Part shown: positions 19,150 to 28,949 of the stretch, one piece after another
Numbering within the stretch: position 1 is the stretch's first letter
How the letters are laid out: each line of letters opens with the position of its first letter
Program-made: the position numbers and the translations under genes
Assembly: GCA_037440225.1 (NCBI GenBank)
Contig: JBBIUN010000011.1
Coordinates: 20,979 to 84,978, forward strand
Source: Gemmatimonadota bacterium
Lineage (GTDB): Bacteria; Gemmatimonadota; Gemmatimonadetes; Gemmatimonadales; GWC2-71-9
Length of the DNA stretch: 64,000 nt
Direction of reading: 5' to 3'
The notes under the pieces: generated by a model
The model's input: only the letters and a program-made list of their open reading frames with translations
Told to the model about the DNA's origin: nothing
Database searches by the model: none

Positions 19150-19505
19150 TGGAGGTGCGGGGAATCGAACCCCGGTCCGAGCTTAGATCCGAGTCCGCCG
19201 CTACGTGCGTAGGCTGCGCTTGCGGTCTCCGCAAGGTGGGGCGCAGCCACCCAGCCAGCGGACGATCTCCCGAGACGATCTCGTGCTGCGGGCCGGAGCC
19301 GCCCGCCGCACCAGCCTGACTTTCCGATACTCCCGGGCCGCCTCAGGCGAGCCGCCGCGGGAGCAGGCGCGTGAAGCTAACGCTTACGCGGCCAGTGCCA
19401 GTTGAGAATTGGCAGTTGTGTTGTTTCCCAGTGGTTTAACCAGGTAACCGGGAACCTGGGCACGCTGCGGAATCCTCACCAAACCCGTCGAAACCTGTCA
19501 CCCCC
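19150..19505 (-). ncRNA. ssrA: transfer-messenger RNA (tmRNA)
   Basis: The minus strand starts GGGGGTGACAGGTTTCGACGGG and ends GGGGTTCGATTCCCCGCACCTCCA. The acceptor stem GGGGGTG/CACCTCC contains the G3:U AlaRS identity pair. The internal tag ORF ends GCC AAT TCT CAA CTG GCA CTG GCC GCG TAA (ANSQLALAA*). About 356 nt, with CCA not encoded. Confidence 0.92.
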
Positions 19506-19526
19506 TATTCAGCATGATACCCACCC

Positions 19527-19556
19527 AACATAGCCGCAGGCCCGTGCCGCGGTCAA
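19527..19556 (-). promoter_or_regulatory. candidate ssrA promoter (TTGACC-N18-TATGTT)
   Basis: On the minus strand: TTGACC (19556-19551, overlapping the stop of the GGDEF gene) and TATGTT (19532-19527), about 21 nt upstream of the mature 5' end. Confidence 0.4.
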
Positions 19557-20971
19557 CTGCTGGGTAGTGCGACGGCCACCCGGTTGCGCCCGCCCTCCTT
19601 GGCTCGATAAAGGGCGGCGTCTGCGGCACCGAAGAGGTTGGCCACGTGCGAGACGGTCTCGGGAACCGCCGCCACGCCGACGGAACACGTGATGGTCAGG
19701 TCCGCACCCGCCCAAAAGAGCCTCGATTCGGCGATCGAGCCCCGGATCCGCTCTGCGACCTGGCGCGCTTCCTCGAGCGAGGCCCCCGGGAGCCATACGC
19801 CGAACTCCTCGCCGCCCACCCTCGCTCCCACGTCGGCTTCGCGCAGGGCCCGCTCCAGGAGCCGGGCTACGTGGCACAAGGCGGCATCTCCGGCGGGATG
19901 GCCAAAGCTGTCGTTGAGCTTCTTGAACTCGTCCAGATCGAACAGCAAGAACGCCCCCCGCGGGTGCGACTCCGCCCGCATGGCTCGCTCCAGGGCCCGG
20001 CGATTCGGCAGTCCCGTCAGCTCGTCGCTATCGGCCCGCGCCTGAGCTTCCTTGAGCGACGCGGCCGCTGCCAGCAGCGGCCCCCGCTCCTCGGCCAGCC
20101 GGAAGAGTTGCTCCTGCACCGCCTCCGTGAGTTGGTCTGGCCGGGCGAACACCACGAGCGCGCCTACTCCCCGGCCCCCATCCCGAAGCGGGTAGGCGAT
20201 CCCCTGCTCGTCCCGGCGCCGGCGGTCGGCCCGCAACTGGCCGAACAGCTCCTTGCCGCTCAGGCCCACGATCGGCACGTCGCCCATGCAAGCGCGCCCG
20301 GCCACGGAGTCCGGCGCCACCGGGGTGCGCACCAATCGCCGGTCGGCGCCCCCGGCCACGGCCACAATGGAAGCCACCTGGGTTCCGGCTTGCCGGAGAA
20401 CCACCACCGCGGGATGCTTGGCCACTTCACTGGCCAGCCGGCACAACTCGTAGGCCGCGTGATCCAAGCCTCCCACCAGCGAAGGAGACGACCTGCGCCC
20501 CGGAGCCCGCCCACCGGCCGCCCGCGAGGCACCGCACCAAGCCAGCAGCAAGCGGAGATCGCGCCCGGCTCCTTCCGACCAGCCCCCGCCCTTGCCCGCC
20601 TCTCGCCAGGCCAGCGCGACCCCGTGATCGCCGTCGCCTGCGGCCACGATGCCGTGAGGTTCTTGGACCTCGTGCTGGCGCTGGTCCGCTAGGGCCAGCC
20701 GGGCCGTGGCCAAGGCTCGCTCCAGCAGATCCCCGGCACCGCTGGTCTCGCCCGCCGTGATGGCGGCCTCCGGGTCTGCACCTACCAGGCAGGCTGCGGC
20801 GGCGCCGTGGGTCCTCCGCACCAAGTCCAAGACGAACTGCAGGCCCCCATCGCGCTCATCTCCTGGCCCCGCCGCCGGGCGATCTCGCCCGCTGGGCCAT
20901 CCTCGCCGCCCAGCCAGCCAGCCGGCCAAGGCTCCCACCGCCAGTGCCAATCCCGCCGCCAGGACACTCAT
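19553..20971 (-). CDS. membrane-anchored diguanylate cyclase (GAF-like repeats + GGDEF)
   Basis: 472 aa. N-terminal TM helix, C-terminal GGDEF domain (GLPNRRA...FDLDEFKKLNDSFGHPAGD...GGEEF). An RxxD I-site (READ) sits at the canonical spacing. ATGA overlap with larB. Confidence 0.9.
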   Translation of the reverse strand: MSVLAAGLALAVGALAGWLAGRRGWPSGRDRPAAGPGDERDGGLQFVLDLVRRTHGAAAACLVGADPEAAITAGETSGAGDLLERALATARLALADQRQHEVQEPHGIVAAGDGDHGVALAWREAGKGGGWSEGAGRDLRLLLAWCGASRAAGGRAPGRRSSPSLVGGLDHAAYELCRLASEVAKHPAVVVLRQAGTQVASIVAVAGGADRRLVRTPVAPDSVAGRACMGDVPIVGLSGKELFGQLRADRRRRDEQGIAYPLRDGGRGVGALVVFARPDQLTEAVQEQLFRLAEERGPLLAAAASLKEAQARADSDELTGLPNRRALERAMRAESHPRGAFLLFDLDEFKKLNDSFGHPAGDAALCHVARLLERALREADVGARVGGEEFGVWLPGASLEEARQVAERIRGSIAESRLFWAGADLTITCSVGVAAVPETVSHVANLFGAADAALYRAKEGGRNRVAVALPSS

Positions 20972-21723
20972 AACGCCCGGTTGATCCGCGTGGCCGCTGC
21001 CGCCGCGCCAAATCCATTGTCAATATTGACCACGACCACCCCCGCCGCACAGGAGTTGAGCATCGCCAGCAGGGCCGCGAGCCCCCCGAACGAGGCTCCG
21101 TAGCCCACGGAGGTGGGAACCGCCACCACGGGCACCGGCACCATGCCCCCCACCACGCTGGCCAGGGCCCCGTCCATACCGGCCACCACGATCACCACCG
21201 ATGCCCGGTACAGCTCATCGGCCCGCCTGAGGACGCGGTGGATGCCGGCCACGCCCACGTCCGAAAGCCGCGCCACCCGATTGCCCAAGGCACGCGCCGT
21301 GACGGCGGCTTCCTCCGCCACCGGGAGATCGCCGGTTCCCGCCGTGACGATCAAGATGGTTCCCCGCCCCACCAGGGGCCGCGGCCCCGGCGGAGGCAGG
21401 AAGGCGGTCCGTCCCAGTTCGTTGATCTCGACTCCCGCAAACTCCTGGCGCAGCAGGGACCGCACGGCCTCGTCGGCTCGGGTGACCAAGAACCATCCGT
21501 TGGCTTCAGCGAGGGACCGGCAGATGCCCAGCACCTGCTCGGGCGTCTTGCCCGCCGCAAAAACCACTTCCGGATGGCCCTGCGTCAGCGACCGCAGGTG
21601 ATCCACCTGAGCATAGCCAAGGTCTTCCACCGGAAACCGGCGCAGGCGATGCATCGCCGCAGCCGGAGTGAGCCGGCCCTCGGCCACCTCGCCCAACACG
21701 CGCTCCAGCTCGAGCGGCCTCAC
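20968..21723 (-). CDS. larB: nickel-pincer cofactor biosynthesis protein LarB (PurE-like carboxylase/hydrolase)
   Basis: The track ORF is trimmed to the GTG at 21723 (GTGA overlap with dus). DHLRSLTQGHPEVVFAAGKTPEQV, VTAGTGDLPVAEEA and MLNSCAAGVVVVNIDNGFGAA are typical of LarB. Confidence 0.83.
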   Translation of the reverse strand: MRPLELERVLGEVAEGRLTPAAAMHRLRRFPVEDLGYAQVDHLRSLTQGHPEVVFAAGKTPEQVLGICRSLAEANGWFLVTRADEAVRSLLRQEFAGVEINELGRTAFLPPPGPRPLVGRGTILIVTAGTGDLPVAEEAAVTARALGNRVARLSDVGVAGIHRVLRRADELYRASVVIVVAGMDGALASVVGGMVPVPVVAVPTSVGYGASFGGLAALLAMLNSCAAGVVVVNIDNGFGAAAAATRINRAL

Positions 21724-22706
21724 ACCACCGCTTGGGCGGGCTCGAGGTAGCGCTGGAAAATCCGCTCGATCTCCGCCATGGATTCGATCTGCTGCAGCTT
21801 CTGCCTCAGCTCGGCCGCTCCCGGAAGCCCCCGCACGTACCAGCACAAGTGCTTGCGAAACTCGAGCGCGGTGCGCCGGTCATCGCCTTGGATAGCCCGC
21901 GCGAGCTCCGCGTGGTGCCACGCCACCCTGAGGCGCTCGGCCGGCGAGGGCGCCGGGCGCATCTCGCGCCCGTCCAGCAGGGCCCTGGCCTGCTGGAAGA
22001 TCCACGGGTTGCCGAACGACCCGCGGGCGATCATGATCCCGGCACACCCCGTTTGCCGCCACATGCGGTAGGCATCCGCAGCCTCCTTGACGTCGCCATT
22101 GCCGACCACGGGAACCTCCAGCGCCTCGACCACCGCCGCAATCTCCTCCCACCGCGCCGCGCCGGTGTACATCTGCGAGCGCGTCCGAGGATGAAGGGTG
22201 ACCATCTGGGCGCCGGCTTCCTGGCAGCGCAGGGCGATGCCCACCGGGTCTCTCAGGCTCTCGTCCCAACCCGAACGGATCTTGACCGTGACCGGCAACC
22301 ACGTGGCTTGCCGCACCGCGCGGATGATCGCGGTCACCAAGCCCAAGTCCCTGAGACAGCCCGAGCCCCCGTTGCGCCGGACCACTTTCTTCACCGGGCA
22401 GCCAAAATTGATGTCAATGAAATCGGGCCGGTAATGCTCGCTCACCAGAGCCGCGGCCTCGGCCATGCCGGCTGAGTCCGCCCCGTAGAGCTGAATGCCG
22501 ATGGGCCGCTCCGGCTCGGTGAAGTAGGCCCCGTCGTGGACGCTCTTCACCCCCCGGCGCAGGCCCTCACAGGAGAGAAACTCCGAGACCACCACGTCAG
22601 CCCCGAAGGCCCGGCACAGCCGCCGGAACGGAGGTTCCGAGACGCCGGCCATGGGCGCCAGGAACAACGGCACCCGCTGGGTGACCGGAAACGGGAAGGG
22701 CCGCAT
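21720..22706 (-). CDS. dusB: tRNA-dihydrouridine synthase
   Basis: LAPMAGVSEPPFRRLCR, DINFGCP, catalytic Cys region (GSGCLR), TIM-barrel FMN family. The ATG at 22706 is preferred over the track TTG at 22715, which lies inside the candidate -10. Confidence 0.88.
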   Translation of the reverse strand: MRPFPFPVTQRVPLFLAPMAGVSEPPFRRLCRAFGADVVVSEFLSCEGLRRGVKSVHDGAYFTEPERPIGIQLYGADSAGMAEAAALVSEHYRPDFIDINFGCPVKKVVRRNGGSGCLRDLGLVTAIIRAVRQATWLPVTVKIRSGWDESLRDPVGIALRCQEAGAQMVTLHPRTRSQMYTGAARWEEIAAVVEALEVPVVGNGDVKEAADAYRMWRQTGCAGIMIARGSFGNPWIFQQARALLDGREMRPAPSPAERLRVAWHHAELARAIQGDDRRTALEFRKHLCWYVRGLPGAAELRQKLQQIESMAEIERIFQRYLEPAQAVV

Positions 22707-22714
22707 GGCCGCCA

Positions 22715-22743
22715 AGTTAACGCGCGCAGGTGCGCGGCGGCAA
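22715..22743 (-). promoter_or_regulatory. candidate dus promoter (TTGCCG-N17-TTAACT), leaderless geometry
   Basis: On the minus strand, the -10 TTAACT (22720-22715) ends 8 nt before the ATG at 22706. Confidence 0.3.
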
Positions 22744-22752
22744 CCGGGTGGT

Positions 22753-22782
22753 TTGACACCGCGCCGAGGGCCTGGTTAGGTT
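22753..22782 (+). promoter_or_regulatory. candidate ptsN promoter (TTGACA-N18-TAGGTT)
   Basis: Perfect -35 TTGACA at 22753-22758, -10 TAGGTT at 22777-22782, 28 nt upstream of the ATG. Confidence 0.45.
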
Positions 22783-22810
22783 TGGCCCGGCGCCAAGCGC
22801 CCTACCACCC

Positions 22811-23263
22811 ATGCGACTGACCGAATTCTTCTCACCCGACGCCATCCAGCTCCAGCTCCAGAGCACCACCAAGGACGACATCCTGAAGGAGCTGACGGGG
22901 CTGCTCAAGCTCGATCCCAAGGCGGACGGCATGCTGTTCAAGATGCTCAAGCGCCGGGAGAACCTGGGATCCACCGGCATCGGCCGGGGTATCGCCATTC
23001 CCCATTGTCGCTCGCTGGTGGTCAGCAAGCTCCGGGTGGCGTTCGGCCGCAAGCCGGAGGGGGTGGATTTCCAGGCCATTGACAATCAGCCGGTCTATTA
23101 CTTCTTCCTGATCGTGGCCCCGCCCCTGGAGGTCTCCAACCAGTATCTGCCGGTGCTCGGCAAGATCGCCCAATTCGCCAAGGAACCCGACGTGCCCGAG
23201 CGCCTCGCTTCCCTCAAGACGCCGGAAGAGTTCCTTCGCCTCTTAGAAGAAAAGAATCTGTAG
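22811..23263 (+). CDS. ptsN: PTS EIIA-Ntr type nitrogen regulatory protein
   Basis: 150 aa. STGIGRGIAIPHCR phosphorylatable-His motif and PTS_EIIA_2 layout. Confidence 0.85.
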   Translation: MRLTEFFSPDAIQLQLQSTTKDDILKELTGLLKLDPKADGMLFKMLKRRENLGSTGIGRGIAIPHCRSLVVSKLRVAFGRKPEGVDFQAIDNQPVYYFFLIVAPPLEVSNQYLPVLGKIAQFAKEPDVPERLASLKTPEEFLRLLEEKNL

Positions 23264-23352
23264 CCGGCCGCCCCGCCCCTCACCGGCGCTCGCCGGGCGC
23301 CGCGCCCGTCACCAGCGCTCGATTCCGGAGTGCCAGGCCGCGGCCAGCGCCG

Positions 23353-24918
23353 CTACTCCCACTCGATGGTGGCCGGCGGCTTGGAACTCACGTCATAGAC
23401 CACCCGGTTCACCCCCCGGACTTCGTTGATGATGCGGTTGGCAATGCGGCCCAGGACCTCGCTGGGGAACGGGAACCAGTCGGCGGTCATGCCGTCCCGG
23501 CTGGTCACGGCCCTCAGGGCCACCACGTTGTCGTAGGTCCGCGCATCGCCCATCACACCTACCGAGCGGACCGGCAGCAGAACGGCGAACGCCTGCCAGA
23601 TTTCGTCGTATAACCCGGCCGCGCGAATCTCCTCCAGATAGATCCAGTCCGCCTGGCGCAGGATCTCCAGGCGCTCCGGTGTCACCGCGCCCAACACCCG
23701 GATCGCGAGCCCGGGACCTGGAAAGGGGTGCCGCCCCACGATTTCCTCGGGTAGGCCCAGCTCCCGCCCCACCTGCCGCACCTCGTCCTTGAACAGTTCT
23801 CGCAGCGGCTCGATCAGGGTAAACGGCAGATCCACCGGCAAACCACCCACGTTGTGGTGAGTCTTGATCGTGGCCGAGGGTCCGCCTCGGGGCGAGGAGG
23901 ACTCGATCACATCCGGGTAGAGGGTCCCCTGCACCAGGAATCGCACGTCACCGCCAGCTTCCTGCGCGGCGCCACCGAACACCTCGATGAAGGTATGCCC
24001 GATGCGCCGGCGTTTCTCCTCGGGGTCCTCTACGCCTTTCAGCTCCTCAAGAAACCGCGCGGCGGCATCCACCACCCGGAGGTCCATGCCCAGGTGGCGG
24101 CGGAAGGTGCGCTCCACCTGTTCCCGCTCGTGGAGCCGCAGCAGGCCATGGTCCACGAAAATGCAGGTCAGGCGATCCCCCAGCGCCCGATGCACCAGCA
24201 CTGCGGCCACCGCCGAATCCACCCCTCCGGACAACCCGCACAGGGCCCGGTCGTGCGGTCCCACGGCCTGCCGGATGGCCTCGACCTGATCGTGAATGAA
24301 TTGCCCCGCGGTCCATTCCGGCGCGCACCCGCAAACCGCGAAGAGAAAATTTTCCAGCATCTCGCCGCCGCGCGGCGTGTGGGCGACCTCGGGATGGAAG
24401 AGCACGCCATAGATGGGCCGCGACTCGTGCTGCATCGCCGCCACCGGAGCGCTCTGGGTGAGCGCCGTGGTGCAGAATCCCGGCGGCGGCTCCTCGATCC
24501 GGTCCCCGTGGCTCGCCCACACCGTGACCTCCTCGCCCGGCTGGAAGCCGGCAAACAGCCCCTCGCCGCGGCGGATCACCAACTCAGCCCGGCCGTACTC
24601 GCGCTCGGGCGACCGCTGCACCCGGCCACCGGCCAAGTGGGCCAGCAACTGCATGCCGTAGCAAATGCCCAGCACCGGAATCCCTAGGGCCAAAAGCTCG
24701 GGGTGGGCGGTGGGCGCTCCTGGGTCGAAGACCGAGCTCGGCCCACCCGACAGAATGATCCCCTTGGGAGATGCCTGCCGGAGGAAGGCTAGGTCCTGGC
24801 CGCGCCGGGCGGGATGAATCTCGCAGTACACGTGCGCCTCCCGGACCCGGCGCGCGATGAGCTGCGTGAATTGCGAACCATAGTCCAGGATCAGGATGCC
24901 GCGGCTCAGGTCGCTCAC
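23353..24918 (-). CDS. guaA: GMP synthase (glutamine-hydrolysing)
   Basis: [27 protein letters not shown], the PP-loop SGGVDS, and a C-terminal dimerisation domain ending IEWE. GTG at 24918 (GTGA overlap with lysA) is preferred; the track start is 24930. Confidence 0.93.
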   Translation of the reverse strand: MSDLSRGILILDYGSQFTQLIARRVREAHVYCEIHPARRGQDLAFLRQASPKGIILSGGPSSVFDPGAPTAHPELLALGIPVLGICYGMQLLAHLAGGRVQRSPEREYGRAELVIRRGEGLFAGFQPGEEVTVWASHGDRIEEPPPGFCTTALTQSAPVAAMQHESRPIYGVLFHPEVAHTPRGGEMLENFLFAVCGCAPEWTAGQFIHDQVEAIRQAVGPHDRALCGLSGGVDSAVAAVLVHRALGDRLTCIFVDHGLLRLHEREQVERTFRRHLGMDLRVVDAAARFLEELKGVEDPEEKRRRIGHTFIEVFGGAAQEAGGDVRFLVQGTLYPDVIESSSPRGGPSATIKTHHNVGGLPVDLPFTLIEPLRELFKDEVRQVGRELGLPEEIVGRHPFPGPGLAIRVLGAVTPERLEILRQADWIYLEEIRAAGLYDEIWQAFAVLLPVRSVGVMGDARTYDNVVALRAVTSRDGMTADWFPFPSEVLGRIANRIINEVRGVNRVVYDVSSKPPATIEWE

Positions 24919-26174
24919 GGGTCCCGCCACACCGGCTGAGCGCTCTCCCCCCGCATCAGGTCATCTACCCCTTCGCGATCGCGCACCACCGCGTACCGCC
25001 CGCCGTCCACCAAGACCTCGGCGGCGCGCGGCCTCGAGTTATAGGGAAAGCTCATGCCGAAACCGTAGGCCCCTGCCCCCAGCACCGCCAGCAGCGTACC
25101 TGGTCCCGCGCCCGGCAGCCTGCGGTCCAGGCCCAGGAAGTCCCCGCTCTCGCAGTTCGGGCCCACCACGTCCACCAGCTCTCCGCCGGCGCTCACTGCC
25201 GCCCCCCCGGCGCCGCTGTCGCCGTCCACCACCCGGATCTCGTGGTACGCTCCGTAGAGGCTGGGGCGCAGGAGGTCGTTCATGCCGGCGTCGGTGACCA
25301 AGAAGACCCGCCCTCCGGAGCGCTTGCGGTACAGCACCCGGGTGAGCAGGCATCCCGCGTTGCCTACCAGGAAACGGCCCGGCTCCACCAGCAGCGGGAG
25401 TCCGGTCCGCCGCGCGAGCGGAGAGACCGCCTCGGCAAACGTCCGGGCGTCGAGCGCCGGACTCGTCCCATAGGAGATGGCGAGCCCGCCTCCCACATCT
25501 ACCGACGCCAAGGTCCGGATGCCGGCGGCGCGCAGCGCCTCCACCAGCTCCGCCAAGCGGGCGGCGCCCTGCCGGTAGGGAGCGGGGTCGCTGATCTGGG
25601 AGCCGAGGTGCATCCCCACCGAGCGAAGCACCAATTCAGCCGCGGCGGCAATGCGCTGCGCGAGCGGCACCACCTGGTCCAGCGGCACGCCAAACTTCAT
25701 GCCCGCCGCGCCGGTCTGCGTATAGGGATGGGTATCGGCCGTCACGTCGGGATTCACTCGGATGCCCACGGACACCGGCCGGCCGGTTCCGCGCTCCCGG
25801 GCCAGCCGCGCGAGCAGCTCGAACTCGCCTTCGGACTCGAGGTTGATCAACCCCACGCCGGCCTGAAGCGCGGCGGCCAGCTCGCGGTCGGTCTTGCCCA
25901 CCCCGCTGAAGACGATGTCCTGGCCCGCAAATCCGGCGCGCCTGACCCGGGCCAGCTCCCCACCCGAGACGATATCGGCGCCCGCACCCAGGCTCCTGAT
26001 CAGGGCCAGCACCGCCAAGTTGGCGTTGGCCTTGACCGAGTAGTGCACCCGGTGGGGCACGCCCGCGAGCGCGCCCGTCAAGGCCGCATACTGCCGGCGA
26101 ATCGCCTCCGCATCGTACACGTACACCGGCGTTCCCACGCACGCCGCGATGCGCGTCAGTAGGCCTTGGCCCAC
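24915..26174 (-). CDS. lysA: diaminopimelate decarboxylase
   Basis: GTPVYVYD, the PLP-Lys region YSVKAN, DVGGGL, and CESGD near the C-terminus. Start is ambiguous: GTG 26174 (GAGG 4 nt upstream) or the track start 26213. Both overlap the proS 3' end. Confidence 0.9.
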   Translation of the reverse strand: MGQGLLTRIAACVGTPVYVYDAEAIRRQYAALTGALAGVPHRVHYSVKANANLAVLALIRSLGAGADIVSGGELARVRRAGFAGQDIVFSGVGKTDRELAAALQAGVGLINLESEGEFELLARLARERGTGRPVSVGIRVNPDVTADTHPYTQTGAAGMKFGVPLDQVVPLAQRIAAAAELVLRSVGMHLGSQISDPAPYRQGAARLAELVEALRAAGIRTLASVDVGGGLAISYGTSPALDARTFAEAVSPLARRTGLPLLVEPGRFLVGNAGCLLTRVLYRKRSGGRVFLVTDAGMNDLLRPSLYGAYHEIRVVDGDSGAGGAAVSAGGELVDVVGPNCESGDFLGLDRRLPGAGPGTLLAVLGAGAYGFGMSFPYNSRPRAAEVLVDGGRYAVVRDREGVDDLMRGESAQPVWRDP

Positions 26175-27604
26175 ACTGCCTCGGTCACCGCTGGCCGCCC
26201 GCACCACACGCATCGAGCCGGCGCCGGCGAGGATCGGAATTCTTCATCGGGAAGCACCCGGATGGTGGCCTTGGTTTCCTCCTTGACCGCGGCTTCGCAC
26301 CCGGGATCCCCGCAATAGCCCGCATAAGCAAACCCCCCGGCGCCGCTGAAGAACGCCACCAAATCGCCCCGCCCGTCCAGCTGCCGTACCGAGTTCGCCT
26401 CGCGCCGGGCTCGCGCCGCCTCCAGGAGGCTCCGCTGAATCTCTTCCAGCGCTCCCCCCACGGATTGGGCCAACCCATCCGCCCGTACTGTCTGCTTCCC
26501 GCCCGTCCGCCGAGCCAGAACCACCTGCCCGCTCGCCACGTCCCGCGGCCCGATCTCCACGCGCACCGGCACCCCGCGCGCCTCCCAGTGGTAGTACTTG
26601 GCGCCGGGCTTCAGGCCCTCGCGCGCGTCCACCTGCGCGCTGATCCCCGCCGCCGCCAAGGTCTGCCGCGCTCGCTCGGCGGCTTCCCCCACGGCCTGAC
26701 GCTCCGTGTCGCTCTTCCAGATCGGCACGATGATCGCCTGGAGCGGCGCCAGCCGCGGCGGGCAGACCAGGCCGCGGTCGTCGCTGTGCACCATCACCAG
26801 CCCCCCGATCAACCGCGTGGACACGCCCCACGAGGTGCTCCAGACGTAGTCCATCTCGCCGGAGGCGGTCTGGAAGCGCACCTCGAAGGCCTTGGCGAAA
26901 TTCTGGCCCAGGTTGTGGGAAGTGCCGGCCTGCAGCGCCCGATTGTCCTGCATCAGACCCTCGCAGGCATAGGTGCGCACCGCGCCCGCGAACTTTTCCG
27001 CCTCGGTCTTCAAGCCCGTCACCACCGGCATAGCCATCCAGTCTTCCATGAACCGGCGGTAGATCCCGAGAATCATGCGGGCTTCCCGCTCGGCTTCCTC
27101 CGCCGTGGCATGCGCCGTGTGCCCTTCCTGCCACAGAAACTCCGTGGTCCTGAGGAACAGCCGGGTCCGCATCTCCCACCGCACCACGTTCGCCCACTGG
27201 TTGAGCAACACCGGCAGATCCCGATAACTCTGGATCCACTTGGCCAGCATGGCATAGATGATAGTCTCGGACGTCGGCCGCACGATCAACGGCTCTTCGA
27301 GTTCCTTGCCGCCGCCATGTGTCACGACGGCCGTCTGCGGGGCAAATCCTTCGACGTGCTCGGCTTCCTTGGCAAGGAAACTCTGGGGAATGAACAGGGG
27401 GAAGTACGCGTTCTCGTGCCCTGAGGCCCGGAACATCTCGTCCAGCGCCCTCTGCATCAGCTCCCAGATGCGGTAGCCCCGAGGCCGGATCACCATGCAG
27501 CCCCTCACCGGCGAGTAATCCGCCAACTCGGCCCGCATGACGACGTCGTTGTACCAGGCCGCGAAGTCCGTACCCCGCGGCGTGATGCCTTGCTCTATGC
27601 TCAT
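26156..27604 (-). CDS. proS: proline--tRNA ligase (archaeal/eukaryotic-like type)
   Basis: 482 aa with class II motifs. The N-terminus FAAWYNDVVMRAELADYSPVRGCMVIRP and the C-terminal Zn-type domain ending in Y are typical of type-3 ProRS. ATGA overlap with hisS. Confidence 0.94.
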   Translation of the reverse strand: MSIEQGITPRGTDFAAWYNDVVMRAELADYSPVRGCMVIRPRGYRIWELMQRALDEMFRASGHENAYFPLFIPQSFLAKEAEHVEGFAPQTAVVTHGGGKELEEPLIVRPTSETIIYAMLAKWIQSYRDLPVLLNQWANVVRWEMRTRLFLRTTEFLWQEGHTAHATAEEAEREARMILGIYRRFMEDWMAMPVVTGLKTEAEKFAGAVRTYACEGLMQDNRALQAGTSHNLGQNFAKAFEVRFQTASGEMDYVWSTSWGVSTRLIGGLVMVHSDDRGLVCPPRLAPLQAIIVPIWKSDTERQAVGEAAERARQTLAAAGISAQVDAREGLKPGAKYYHWEARGVPVRVEIGPRDVASGQVVLARRTGGKQTVRADGLAQSVGGALEEIQRSLLEAARARREANSVRQLDGRGDLVAFFSGAGGFAYAGYCGDPGCEAAVKEETKATIRVLPDEEFRSSPAPARCVWCGRPAVTEAVWAKAY

Positions 27605-28941
27605 GCCCCTCCCTCGAACACCCGTTGCAACCAGTCGCCTCCTGGGCCCTGCCCCGCCGCAAAAGACCCCGTCAGCGCCGTGACGGGCAGGCGGCGCTCC
27701 GCACCTCGAGCGAGATCCCGCATGACGAACCGGCCCGCCGCCCGCTCGGCTGGTCCCACAATCAGGGCAAATCGAGCACCGCGTGACGCCGCCAGCTTGA
27801 GCTGCTTGGCGATGGTTTGCTCTTTGAGCCCGTACTCCACCCGCACCCCCAGGTCCCGCAGCTCGTGGGCCAACCGCAACACCGCGGGCAGGTCCTCGAC
27901 CGTGACCGCCACCACAAAGGCGTCCACCGCCGGCGCGGCAACCGGCACCAAGCCCCTCGCTTTCAGCAGCTCACCCAGGACCACGTCCCCCATGCCGAAC
28001 CCCACGGCCGGCAGATCCACCCCGCCCAGCGCCAGCAGCAAACCGTCGTACCGGCCGCCGCCGCAGATGGCGCGAAATTCCCGCCGGGCATCGAACAGCT
28101 CGAAGACGATCCCCGAGTAATACGCCAAGCCCCGCACCACGCTCAGGTCCACGTCCACGAATTCACCCAGTCCCATGGCCCCAAGCGCCGCCACGCATTC
28201 CTTGAGCGGCTCGGCCAGCGCGACCTCCCGGCTTCCCGGCCCCAATGCGTCCAGCACCGTGTCCACGCCCCTCAGCGATCCCACTTCCAGCGCCCGCTCC
28301 GCCGTCTCGCCCGCCAACCCCCCGTCTTCCGCGAGCCAACGAAGCAGCCGGTCCCGCGGCTCCCGCTCCAGCTTGTCAATGGCCGCAAACGCGGCGGCCA
28401 CCCCGGCCTCGGGCACCCCCGCCTGGAGCAGCAGCGCCCGCGCCACCCGCCGGTCCGATATCCGCGCCCGAATGTCCGCCGGCCCGAGACCCAAACAGCG
28501 CATCACGTCAATCGCCGCGGCAATCACCTCGGCGTCCGCCAGCGGGCCGGGCTCCCCGATCAGGTCCAGATTGAACTGGAAATGCTCACGCAGCCGGCCC
28601 CGCTGTTGGCGCTCGTACCGAAACAACTGCGGGATGGAGTACCACCGGATCGGCTTCTTGAGCGCCGACGCCCGCGCCGCCACCATGCGCGCCAGGGTGG
28701 GCGTCATCTCCGGCCGCAGCGCCACCTCGCGCTCGCCCCGGTCCCGGAAGTGGTACAATTGCCCCACGATCTCCGGCCCGCTTTTCTGCGTATAGAGTTC
28801 GAGGGGCTCGAGCGGCGGCCCATCGTACTCCTCGAAGCCGTAGCGCTGCGCTACGGTACGCCAGGCGGCAAAGATGTGGTTGCGAAGCGCGGTGTCGTCG
28901 GGGTAGAAGTCGCGAAACCCCGGCAACGCTCTGGCTGGCAT
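27601..28941 (-). CDS. hisS: histidine--tRNA ligase
   Basis: 446 aa. GFRDFYP, LRPEMT, RYERPQ-like (RYERQQRGR), GGGRYD. Confidence 0.92.
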   Translation of the reverse strand: MPARALPGFRDFYPDDTALRNHIFAAWRTVAQRYGFEEYDGPPLEPLELYTQKSGPEIVGQLYHFRDRGEREVALRPEMTPTLARMVAARASALKKPIRWYSIPQLFRYERQQRGRLREHFQFNLDLIGEPGPLADAEVIAAAIDVMRCLGLGPADIRARISDRRVARALLLQAGVPEAGVAAAFAAIDKLEREPRDRLLRWLAEDGGLAGETAERALEVGSLRGVDTVLDALGPGSREVALAEPLKECVAALGAMGLGEFVDVDLSVVRGLAYYSGIVFELFDARREFRAICGGGRYDGLLLALGGVDLPAVGFGMGDVVLGELLKARGLVPVAAPAVDAFVVAVTVEDLPAVLRLAHELRDLGVRVEYGLKEQTIAKQLKLAASRGARFALIVGPAERAAGRFVMRDLARGAERRLPVTALTGSFAAGQGPGGDWLQRVFEGGA

Positions 28942-28949
28942 GCAGCAAA

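Noticed and set aside
23264-23352. Convergent ptsN/guaA spacer as a bidirectional intrinsic terminator
   Set aside because: A short CGGCGC-N7-GCGCCG stem is present, but it has no flanking T- or A-tract and low distinctiveness in this GC background. That is not enough to annotate.
26156-26159. CTG start for lysA in a CTGA overlap with proS (by analogy with folC)
   Set aside because: Unlike folC, an in-frame GTG (26174) with a GAGG 4 nt upstream and the longer track start (26213) are both available. No conserved sequence forces use of the CTG.
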